Origin: Prevotella sp.
GTDB lineage: Bacteria > Bacteroidota > Bacteroidia > Bacteroidales > Bacteroidaceae
Direction: 5' to 3'
Assembly: GCA_045131435.1 (NCBI GenBank)
Contig: JBGUQW010000110.1
Coordinates: 177 to 64,176 of the forward strand
Length of the DNA: 64,000 bases
Shown here in pieces: positions 45,145 through 53,400 of this stretch. Position 1 is the first letter of the stretch. Each line of letters begins with the position of its first letter. The position numbers and the translations under genes were made by a program. The notes under the pieces were generated by a model. That model made no database searches and was not told where the DNA came from. It worked only from the letters and a program-made list of their open reading frames with translations.

Positions 45145-45965
45145 ATGGAATTCAGGACAAAGGTTGAGACGGGGAAAGCAGACTTTGAAATAAAAGCCTG
45201 CGAAGATGTACTTCTGGTGGGCTCGTGCTTTGCAAACGGGATAGGACAACGGTTTAAGGACAATGGTTTTCCGGCAACGGTGAATCCATTCGGCACCATG
45301 TATAACCCTGCCAGCGTGCTGCATACGCTGGAACGATTCATGGTTCATGGTTCACGGTTCACGGTTAACACCGTTTTCCTGACGCTGGGCACGAACCATG
45401 TATATCGTCTGAAAGAGACTGGCGAGATTGTGGACAACTGTGAGAAGCGCCCTGCCGCACTGTTTCAGGAGGAAGAACTGACAGTAGATGCATGTGCTGA
45501 CTATCTGCAGAAAGCCATCGAATTGCTCAGAGGTCATCATCCGGACGTCCGCGTGGTGCTGACTGTCAGCCCCATCCGCTATCGCAAATACGGCTATCAT
45601 GAGAGCCAGCTGTCAAAAGCCACCCTATTGTTAGCCATTGAGAAGGTGATGTCATCTCAAATCTCAAACCTCTCCATCTGTCCTACTTCCCTGCCTACGA
45701 AATCGTGATGGATGAATTGCGCGACTACCGTTTCTATGCGTCTGACATGCTGCACCCTTCGGAGCAGGCTGTCGACTACATCTGGGAACGGCTGGTGGAG
45801 TGGTGCTTCAGCGACGAGGCCAAAGCATTTATGGACGAATGGCGCCCCATCAGGGAAGCCTTACACCATCGTCCCTTCAATCCGGAGTCGGAGGAATACC
45901 TTTTGTTCAAGGAAAAAACGCAGGCTCGCCTAAAAGCCTTCAAAGAGAAATGGAAAATGCGATAG
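45145..45965 (+). pseudogene. GSCFA-family protein split by a frameshift around 45650-45675
   Basis: The N-terminal frame has the LVGSCFANGIG motif. The C-terminal part (HLSYFPAYEIVMDELRDYRFYASDMLHPSE...) continues in the -1 frame (equivalently +2). The switch coincides with a 7-nt repeat. Confidence 0.75.
45652..45672 (+). repeat. heptamer array TCATCTC/AAATCTC/AAACCTC inside the GSCFA gene, at the frameshift
   Basis: It shares a 19-nt identical stretch (ATCTCAAATCTCAAACCTC) with the mtnN array. Confidence 0.75.
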
Positions 45966-46000
45966 TCATTCCTCATTTCTCATTCCTCATTTCTCATTTA
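45966..46000 (-). repeat. heptamer array (TGAGGAA/TGAGAAA on the minus strand) just downstream of the fkp stop
   Basis: Five minus-strand TGA at 7-nt spacing cover all three frames. Confidence 0.75.
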
Positions 46001-46004
46001 GATT

Positions 46005-48608
46005 TTAGCTCCTGCTAACCTGTAGGCCCTTCTTGGAGAGCGTCATATCGACGAAGCGGGCATTGGGATTGGGTTGTGCCTCGTTGATGACCTGTTTGAT
46101 GCGAGCCGCAGCCTCAGGATCCTTAGCCACCATGTAGAGATAGCCTCCCCCACCCGCTCCAGGCAGCTTATAGCCCAGACAGAGGTCATCGACAAGGTCA
46201 GTGATGCATCGCACACTGTCAGGATTGGTACCGCTGTCGATGAGCTGGTTCTGCTGCCACGTCCTGCGGATGAGTCGTCCCATCTCCTGGAAGTCCTGAC
46301 GCTGGATGGCCTCGTACATATCGATGGCATGTGCCTTCATGGCCCGCAACTGACGCAGTTCACCACCGTGGTTGAGGAACATGCGGCGTACAATCTCTGC
46401 CAGAATGGTCTTGGCCGTACGTGTGATGCCAGTGTAATAGAGCAGATGACACTGCCTGTATTCCGGTTGGATGAAGACATCGTCGGGCAACCAGCGCACC
46501 AAGGGGTCTTGGTTGAAGCCGCGTTGCGTCTGCAACAATTTCACGCCACCCAATATGCCGCCAAACTGATCCTGCCAGCCACCGCCAGTGGTCAGCAGCT
46601 GTTCGAGCATCAGGGTACGACGGCCTATCTCGTTCTTGTCCCATGCCAGCGAACAGAAATCGCTCAAGGCACCCAGTACGGTCGATGCCAGGATGCTCGA
46701 CGTACCCAGTCCACTGCCTGCAGGAACGGCCGACAGCAACGTCAGTTCGATGCCTGTTCCAAAGGCCTCCAACTGCTGACGCAGCGAGGAAAAGTTCTCC
46801 TGTGAAAAGGCCGGCAGGAAGCCCGCTAAGGCCAGTGCCGCCTTGGGAATGGAGAACGGCGAGCCTACCTTGTTATATTCCGCCAACTGCTCGTAGGTCT
46901 CAATGACTTCCCTCGCTCCGAGGTCGATGCTACGAAGTACGATATGCGGTTCACGGCAGGGCTTGACAAAGGTCTGCAGTGGTGGCTGTCCATTCAGCTC
47001 TATGGCGATGTTCACCACGTTGCCACCCTCCATCAGACAGTAAGGCGGTGTGTCTGTCCAACCGCCAGCCAGGTCGATGCGGACGGGTGAACGTCCCCAC
47101 ACAATTTGGTCTGGATAGACGGAGAGATGTGGGGTGGCAGGTGCTGGATGATGAGTGATACCCTGACGCAGCAGCGAGAAGGCCTGCTGGCTATTGCCAC
47201 GGAACATGGCATCATGGATGCGCGTCATCAGGGGTGCCGTATCGCTAAGGGGTTCTGGCATGGGTAGTTGCGCCTCGCTGAATTCATGGAAGGCATCGTC
47301 GAGGTCAAGCTGATAGAACACCGAGTGCTGCCAGTTCTTGGCCAATGCCGGCCAGTTCTGCTTGCGGAAGGTGCGACGCTGTTCAAAGAGTCTGCGCAGA
47401 TTGACACGCTCAGCGAGTTCGTTGCTGTTTAGAGCCTCATCGATACGATAGCGGCGTACCTCATAGTCGCTATCGCCCACAGGTGCCACATCAATGCACT
47501 CGCCAGGCTCCAGATGCACCTCCCAGTCGTTCTCGGGAACCCCCGTCACGATATTGTCGTGGGTCAGTGTCCATCGCGGTCCGATGTAGCTGTTCTCCAC
47601 CCAGATATTGTAGTTGTCAGCCGTAAAAGGATAGTGGCAGATACTGTTCTGCGTAAAAATGCTGGGGTGTGGCTTACGGTCGTTGTGCATGATGTCACGC
47701 TGGTCGTTGACGACGTTCTGGATGGCCACCGTCGAGGAAATCATTTCCTTTGACGTCCCAAAGTGGTAGAACTCGCCACCTGGCAGGGGCACAATGGCCA
47801 CGCTAAGCTCATGCAGTTCAGGGTCAGCGATGGTGGGATCGGTGCCAAGGGCACAACCGAATTCCGAGTAGAGGTCGTATTCTTTGAGGTGATGGGTGTT
47901 GGGTGATGGGTGATGGGTGTTGGCATCATCCTCCGCTTGACACCTATTACATAACAACTTGACGGCACGGTCGCTGAGCATCCAGATACCAATATCAGTC
48001 AGGTAGAAGTGGTCTTTCAGTAGTTCTGAAAGGCGTTCTACGCTGGGCTTCTGCAGCATCTGCTTCAATACAGTAGGTGTACGGCGGTCGCTGACAAACA
48101 CACCGTGATTCTTGGCGATACTGGCATCGAGCCACAGACCGTAGCATACCACGTCGGCATCGGGAATCTGGCCGATACGCTCAGCAGCTCGGATGTAGAC
48201 GTCGCCACTGACAATCATCGTGGTCAGGCGTTTCGGTGCCTGTTCCATCATGCGCTCATAAAGCGGCAGCTGCAGGTCGAGCAGCGTCTGACTGAGGCGC
48301 TGTCCGCGTTCCCAGCGGAATACGGGGATAGGTGTCAGAATCTTGCCACTGACAGCATAGGCAGGCAGTCGCTTGCTTTGTCCACCGGCATGCAGGATGA
48401 TGCGCTTTTCCTTTGACAGCCAGTCGGAGAACGACTGACCACCATCTTCTGCCTGCCACGCTTGCTGAAGCAGCCATGTAGTGCCACCACCGGATCCTAA
48501 CCGATGACCGATAGGGTCACAGGTGCAGAAATACTCGTCACGCGACAGTCCCGTCACGTCGTGGAAACAGTCCACCAGATTCGGTGGCAACGACAGCAGC
48601 TTTTTCAT
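46005..48608 (-). CDS. fkp: bifunctional L-fucokinase / fucose-1-phosphate guanylyltransferase-like protein
   Basis: C-terminal GHMP-kinase motif VPAGSGLGTSSILAS and an N-terminal nucleotidyltransferase-like half. The size and layout resemble Bacteroides Fkp. Confidence 0.8.
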   Translation of the reverse strand: MKKLLSLPPNLVDCFHDVTGLSRDEYFCTCDPIGHRLGSGGGTTWLLQQAWQAEDGGQSFSDWLSKEKRIILHAGGQSKRLPAYAVSGKILTPIPVFRWERGQRLSQTLLDLQLPLYERMMEQAPKRLTTMIVSGDVYIRAAERIGQIPDADVVCYGLWLDASIAKNHGVFVSDRRTPTVLKQMLQKPSVERLSELLKDHFYLTDIGIWMLSDRAVKLLCNRCQAEDDANTHHPSPNTHHLKEYDLYSEFGCALGTDPTIADPELHELSVAIVPLPGGEFYHFGTSKEMISSTVAIQNVVNDQRDIMHNDRKPHPSIFTQNSICHYPFTADNYNIWVENSYIGPRWTLTHDNIVTGVPENDWEVHLEPGECIDVAPVGDSDYEVRRYRIDEALNSNELAERVNLRRLFEQRRTFRKQNWPALAKNWQHSVFYQLDLDDAFHEFSEAQLPMPEPLSDTAPLMTRIHDAMFRGNSQQAFSLLRQGITHHPAPATPHLSVYPDQIVWGRSPVRIDLAGGWTDTPPYCLMEGGNVVNIAIELNGQPPLQTFVKPCREPHIVLRSIDLGAREVIETYEQLAEYNKVGSPFSIPKAALALAGFLPAFSQENFSSLRQQLEAFGTGIELTLLSAVPAGSGLGTSSILASTVLGALSDFCSLAWDKNEIGRRTLMLEQLLTTGGGWQDQFGGILGGVKLLQTQRGFNQDPLVRWLPDDVFIQPEYRQCHLLYYTGITRTAKTILAEIVRRMFLNHGGELRQLRAMKAHAIDMYEAIQRQDFQEMGRLIRRTWQQNQLIDSGTNPDSVRCITDLVDDLCLGYKLPGAGGGGYLYMVAKDPEAAARIKQVINEAQPNPNARFVDMTLSKKGLQVSRS
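47888..47923 (+). repeat. GT-rich heptamer array, a G4 motif, inside fkp
   Basis: ggtgatgggtgttgggtgatgggtgatgggtgttgg. The antisense reading gives NTHHPSPNTHH. Confidence 0.8.
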
Positions 48609-48638
48609 TGACCATTGAACGTTGAACGTTGAACATTA
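48606..48638 (+). repeat. heptamer array CATTGAC/CATTGAA/CGTTGAA/CGTTGAA/CATTATT between the YfhO-like gene and fkp
   Basis: Four + strand TGA at 7-nt spacing cover all three frames. Confidence 0.75.
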
Positions 48639-51122
48639 TTTTTTCCGACGACGGTATTCCAGGAAGGCACCTCCCACGATGAGGAGGATTAGGATGCCAT
48701 AGGCACAATAGGCCACCGTTTCCGTACGCTTGATGCTCTTGGGGAAGAAGCTGAGCACCACCTCATGCTTGCCGGGTTTCACCCGCAGGGCACGCAGCAC
48801 GTAGTCGACACGGCCCAGTTCCTGTTCCACACCATCGACTGTTGCTATCCAGCCTGGGAAATAAATCTCAGAGAATACCACGACACCACCCTTGCCCGTG
48901 TTTACCTCGTACACCAGCTGGTTGGGTTCGTAGCTCTTGATGCTCACACGGCTCAGCGTATCCTGTTCGATGCCGTCACCCAGCACGTCGCGGAACTTCT
49001 TGTCTGCCACAGCCTCATGGCGCAGGGCTATCTTGCCAGTTGTCTCCAGTTCCTGATTGGCATTGTCCACATAGCTCACCTTGTCGACGAGCCATGCATT
49101 GCCATAGGTGTACGGATTCTCGAGAGGTACCGTCTGACCACCCTGCAAGGGCAGGATGAAGTACTTCGTATTCAGCATGTTCAGCACGGGACAGATGCTG
49201 TCACCATTCACCTGCGTCATATCACCACCAGCCTCAGCAACGGTACTGTACAACTGTTCCATCTCAGGCTGTATATGGGCGTCGATGAGTTCCTGATAGC
49301 GGCGCAGCTTGGCGGGATGGTAGCCACCGATGCTCTTCAGGTAGAACGACGTCTCGTTTTCGTTGAATGTCGACGACGCCAGATTCAGCACACGGAAGTC
49401 CAGCGACTTGTCCTGCAGGATACGGTCGATGGCTGCCGACTTCTGCATGGGCTCCTCGCGGACGCTGGCAGGCACGAACATCTCATCGTTCAGATAGCGC
49501 TTGTTGACTGTCCACATATCTACCAGACAGAGTACCAGTATGATACCCACGCCATACTCCTTTTTCAACTTGCCCAATACTACGCACAACAGCACACCGG
49601 TACCTACCAGGATAATGTAGAACGAGCGCAGGCTGTCGGCTGTAAACACGGCCTGACGCATTTCAGTCAGGTTCTGTACCAACGGGGCCAGCTGGTCGGC
49701 AGGAATCTGCCCCAGTGCATGCATCTCGGTGGAACTGATAAAGCTGTCGAAGAACACAGAGGGCATCATCGAGAACAACAAGGCTACACCTCCAGTTAAC
49801 AGGAACGAGATGCCGATATACTTCAGCCTCGGCTTCATCTGCTCCGGCTCTTCCAACAGTTTCTTCAGTGCCAGCATCGCCAGCAGAGGGATAGTGAACT
49901 CAGCGATGACCAGGATGGATGCCACCGTTCGGAATTTAGCATACATGGGGATGTAGTCGATAAAGAAGTCGGTGAATGGCATGAAGTTACGACCCCACGA
50001 CAACAGGATGGAGAGGATAGTCACAGCCAGCAATGCCCATTTCATAGGCCCTTTGACAATGAACAAGCCCAGCACAAACAGCATCAGCACGAAGGCACCC
50101 ACATAGACGGGTCCCAAGGTCATCGGCTGTTCACCCCAATACTGGCCAATCTGCTGATAGATGCTCAGATAATCAGTGTTGGCGACCTTCATGGCCTTCT
50201 CATTCTGTACCATCGGCACGGAGGCGCCACCCTTTGCATTGGGCACCAGCAGCGTCCAGGTCTCGTCTATGCCATAGCTCCACTGGGTGATGTAGTCGCG
50301 ATCCAGTCCGCTGGAAGTCTGGTTGGCACTATTCTCCTTCACCAGTTCACTCTTGCTACGCATCGACTCCTGTCCATAGAGCCACGTATGATAGAGATTC
50401 GAGATATTGATACTGATACCGATGGCAGCACCTGCCAGACAGACACCAGTAGCCTTCAGCAGATGTTGATAGTCCTTATGCTTGATACCCTCAATCAAGA
50501 AGGCAATAACCATCGCTACGATGACAAACAGATAATAATATGTCATCTGCACGTGGTTGGCCAACACCTCCAGAGCTGCGAAGAGGGCCGTCACCACCAG
50601 TCCCCACAGGTATTTCCCCCTATAGGCCAGCACCACACCGGCAATCATCGGTGGCAGGTAGGCCAGCGCCATCACCTTCCAGATGTGACCAGCAGCGATG
50701 ATGATGAAGAAATAGCTGGAGAAGGCCCATACGATAGCTCCCAGCATGGCCAGATACTGGCGGAAGTCAAAGGCACGCAGCAGGATATAGAATCCCAACA
50801 GATAGGCAAAGACATACCATACATTCTCAGGCAGCCACAGGTGGTAGGCACTCTCAGCCTTTGTCAGCACATCGGTGCTGTCATACGACGGCGACATCTG
50901 ATAGGTCGGCATGCCACCAAACAGTGCATTGGTCCAGCGTGTCCGTTCTCCCGTACGGTCATGGTACTCCGAAGACTCTTGTCCTAACCCTTTGCTGGCC
51001 GATGAGTCATGCCGAAAAAGGATGCGTCCCTCGATGTCGGCAGGGAAGAAATAGGCAAACGAAATCACTGCAAACAATACCACTGCCAGCACATCAGGCA
51101 GCCATGCTTTCAAACTTTTCAT
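48636..51122 (-). CDS. YfhO-like polytopic membrane protein (putative glycosyltransferase)
   Basis: Many TM segments, a large C-terminal extracytoplasmic domain and a final TM. The start is at MKSLKAW, downstream of the -7 box at 51146-51153. Confidence 0.65.
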   Translation of the reverse strand: MKSLKAWLPDVLAVVLFAVISFAYFFPADIEGRILFRHDSSASKGLGQESSEYHDRTGERTRWTNALFGGMPTYQMSPSYDSTDVLTKAESAYHLWLPENVWYVFAYLLGFYILLRAFDFRQYLAMLGAIVWAFSSYFFIIIAAGHIWKVMALAYLPPMIAGVVLAYRGKYLWGLVVTALFAALEVLANHVQMTYYYLFVIVAMVIAFLIEGIKHKDYQHLLKATGVCLAGAAIGISINISNLYHTWLYGQESMRSKSELVKENSANQTSSGLDRDYITQWSYGIDETWTLLVPNAKGGASVPMVQNEKAMKVANTDYLSIYQQIGQYWGEQPMTLGPVYVGAFVLMLFVLGLFIVKGPMKWALLAVTILSILLSWGRNFMPFTDFFIDYIPMYAKFRTVASILVIAEFTIPLLAMLALKKLLEEPEQMKPRLKYIGISFLLTGGVALLFSMMPSVFFDSFISSTEMHALGQIPADQLAPLVQNLTEMRQAVFTADSLRSFYIILVGTGVLLCVVLGKLKKEYGVGIILVLCLVDMWTVNKRYLNDEMFVPASVREEPMQKSAAIDRILQDKSLDFRVLNLASSTFNENETSFYLKSIGGYHPAKLRRYQELIDAHIQPEMEQLYSTVAEAGGDMTQVNGDSICPVLNMLNTKYFILPLQGGQTVPLENPYTYGNAWLVDKVSYVDNANQELETTGKIALRHEAVADKKFRDVLGDGIEQDTLSRVSIKSYEPNQLVYEVNTGKGGVVVFSEIYFPGWIATVDGVEQELGRVDYVLRALRVKPGKHEVVLSFFPKSIKRTETVAYCAYGILILLIVGGAFLEYRRRKK

Positions 51123-51145
51123 AACAATATTTTGGTTTTTGCCTG

Positions 51146-51173
51146 CAAAATTACGAAAAAATCCGTAACTTTG
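51146..51173. promoter_or_regulatory. divergent -7 boxes: TAATTTTG (minus strand, YfhO-like gene) and TAACTTTG (plus strand, mtnN)
   Basis: CAAAATTA at 51146-51153 and TAACTTTG at 51166-51173. Confidence 0.55.
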
Positions 51174-51228
51174 CACGCAGAACCCTCAATTTTTACATGA
51201 TACATTATTAAAAATACATCATTACTAT

Positions 51229-51885
51229 ATGAAGATAGGTATTATTGTAGCAATGGACAAGGAGCTGCGACAGCTTCAGCAGCTCTTCGACAGCAGTCAC
51301 GTCCGTGTAGAAAAATGTGGCATCGGCAAGGTGAATGCCGCCCTTGGTGCCCAGCGCATGATCAATGAGTTCCACCCTGACTGCATCATCTCCAGCGGAT
51401 GTGCCGGTGGCAACGGCGATGATGTCAACATACAGGATGTCGTTGTCAGCAGCGAACTGTGTTATCACGACGTCTACTGTGGCACAGCCATCGACAACAC
51501 GACCATTTATGGACAGGTGCAGGGCCTTCCAGCCCGCTACCAGGCAGACCCACACTTGCTGCAGAAGGCGCAAAGCCTAAATCTCAAATCTCAAACCTCA
51601 AATCTCAAAACACATTCTGGTCTGATTGTTACTGGCGACTGGTTTGTGGACTCGAAGGAAAAGATGCGCGAGATTATCGGACACTTCCCTGAGGCTAAGG
51701 CTGTCGACATGGAGTCGTGTGCCATCGCCCAGACGTGCTACATCAACAAGGTGCCGTTCATTTCCTTCCGTGTCATCAGCGACATTCCTCTTCGCGACAC
51801 CGATGCCTCGCAGTATCACAACTTCTGGGACACCATCGCCGACCACTCCTTCCAGGTCACCAAGACCTTCGTCGAGTCCCTATAA
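51229..51885 (+). CDS. mtnN: 5'-methylthioadenosine/S-adenosylhomocysteine nucleosidase
   Basis: MKIGIIVAMDKE..., GIGKVNAA, VDMESCAIAQ. It lies upstream of luxS. It contains an in-frame 7-nt repeat array. Confidence 0.9.
   Translation: MKIGIIVAMDKELRQLQQLFDSSHVRVEKCGIGKVNAALGAQRMINEFHPDCIISSGCAGGNGDDVNIQDVVVSSELCYHDVYCGTAIDNTTIYGQVQGLPARYQADPHLLQKAQSLNLKSQTSNLKTHSGLIVTGDWFVDSKEKMREIIGHFPEAKAVDMESCAIAQTCYINKVPFISFRVISDIPLRDTDASQYHNFWDTIADHSFQVTKTFVESL
51579..51613 (+). repeat. heptamer array AAATCTC x2, AAACCTC, AAATCTC, AAAACAC, in frame inside mtnN
   Basis: It encodes LNLKSQTSNLK. The antisense strand carries TGA every 7 nt. Confidence 0.8.
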
Positions 51886-51957
51886 TTCTCAATTCTTAAT
51901 TGTTAATCGGCGAAGCCGACAACTCTTAATTCTTAACTCTTAATTCTTAATTCATAA
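51885..51957 (+). repeat. composite element: AATTCTY heptamers, a GC hairpin CGGC-GAA-GCCG (51908-51918), then CTTAAYT heptamers
   Basis: It fills the mtnN-luxS spacer. The right-hand array has TAA in all three + frames. Confidence 0.75.
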
Positions 51958-52452
51958 ATGGAAGTCATACAAAGTTTTACGATTGACCACACCCACCTGA
52001 AGCCGGGTATCTATGTTTCACGCATAGATAAAGGGTTTACAACGTTCGACCTGCGCATCACCGAGCCCAACAAAGAACCTGCTGTAGCCCCATCGGCTAT
52101 GCATAGCATAGAACACCTGATGGCCACCTGGTTCCGCAATTCCCGTGTCAAGGACGATGTCGTCTATGTCGGCCCAATGGGTTGTCTCACAGGCATGTAC
52201 ATCATTATGACGGGCTCATATACCGTTGAGGACATGCGCCAACTGACCATCGAGTGTCTGGAGTGGATTCTCACGCAGGACATGGTGCCTGCCACCGAGC
52301 CCCAGACCTGTGGCAACTACCTGTTGCACGACCTGCCCATGTGCAAGTGGGAGTGTGCACGCTATCTGGACCGTCTGCAAAACGATTTCCACTCGGAGTA
52401 TACCAAACTGCAGATTACCCTCGATGACGGTCTGCTGTTTGCCGATGCGTAA
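51958..52452 (+). CDS. luxS: S-ribosylhomocysteine lyase
   Basis: Metal-binding motif HSIEHLMA and a conserved Cys block (PQTCGNY). 164 aa. Confidence 0.93.
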   Translation: MEVIQSFTIDHTHLKPGIYVSRIDKGFTTFDLRITEPNKEPAVAPSAMHSIEHLMATWFRNSRVKDDVVYVGPMGCLTGMYIIMTGSYTVEDMRQLTIECLEWILTQDMVPATEPQTCGNYLLHDLPMCKWECARYLDRLQNDFHSEYTKLQITLDDGLLFADA

Positions 52453-52467
52453 ACAAAGAGAACAGGA

Positions 52468-53397
52468 TTATCCGAGGTAGAGCAAACGGCTCAGGCCCGT
52501 CTTACGGAGTACCCAGTCCACTGCCAGGCTGCCCGATACACAAATGAGTAGCGAGACGGCCAGGAATATCAGGCATGTGGGGTCGAAGTCGAGATAGGGC
52601 ACTAGGGGTTTGCAGAGAATGGTAAACAGCGGTGAGAAGAGGAACAGCGGCATCGTCCGCTTGCCAAGATACAGCACAAGCTGCTGCAAACGTCCTTTGA
52701 CATACGTGCCCATCCACAACAGACTGCTGATGGCCAGATACACCATCAGCACACCACCAGCCACATCCATTCGGCAGTTTTGGGGGAAGTATGCCAAGAG
52801 GGCAAAGGCCACGATGGCCAGCACCGATGGCTTAAAGACGTCAGTAAACTTCAGTCCACTGTGTCTCACCACTGCTCCTGCCAGGAAATACAAGGCACAG
52901 GCCAGTGTTACCATTCCTACGCCCCAGGCGATGGCAAAGAAGAGGATTCCCAACAGGATGAAACGTGACAGAGTGCTGATTCTCAACCATTTGAATACCG
53001 CATAATACAACACACCGCATACCAGCAGCGTCAGCAGATACCAGTAGGGACCCAGCGGATGAATCAGCAGATGGTTGAAAAACGTGCCTATCGTCAGTTC
53101 GTCGATATGTTCCCTGATGGGCAACACCGATGCCATCACGATATATCCTGACTCCATCACCAGATAGGGTACGGCATAGCTCAGCAACGTCTTCAGAAAC
53201 TGTCGCCAGGGTTTCTCAACATTCATCAGATAGCCTGAGATGATGAGAAACCCTGGCATATGGAAGGTGTAAACCACCTGTTTCGCATAGGGATGGGAAT
53301 CGCCAAACCAGACGAGATGGAAACTGATCATCAGCAGAATCAGGACTCCCTTCAGGAAGTCCAGTTCTACGATTCGTCCCCGTCCGTCAGTCTGCAT
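52468..53397 (-). CDS. membrane acyltransferase-family protein
   Basis: About 9-10 TM segments with an N-terminus (LDFLKGVLILLMISFHL) typical of the acyltransferase_3 / DUF1624-like families. It starts 3 nt after the typA stop. Confidence 0.6.
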   Translation of the reverse strand: MQTDGRGRIVELDFLKGVLILLMISFHLVWFGDSHPYAKQVVYTFHMPGFLIISGYLMNVEKPWRQFLKTLLSYAVPYLVMESGYIVMASVLPIREHIDELTIGTFFNHLLIHPLGPYWYLLTLLVCGVLYYAVFKWLRISTLSRFILLGILFFAIAWGVGMVTLACALYFLAGAVVRHSGLKFTDVFKPSVLAIVAFALLAYFPQNCRMDVAGGVLMVYLAISSLLWMGTYVKGRLQQLVLYLGKRTMPLFLFSPLFTILCKPLVPYLDFDPTCLIFLAVSLLICVSGSLAVDWVLRKTGLSRLLYLG

Positions 53398-53400
53398 AGT

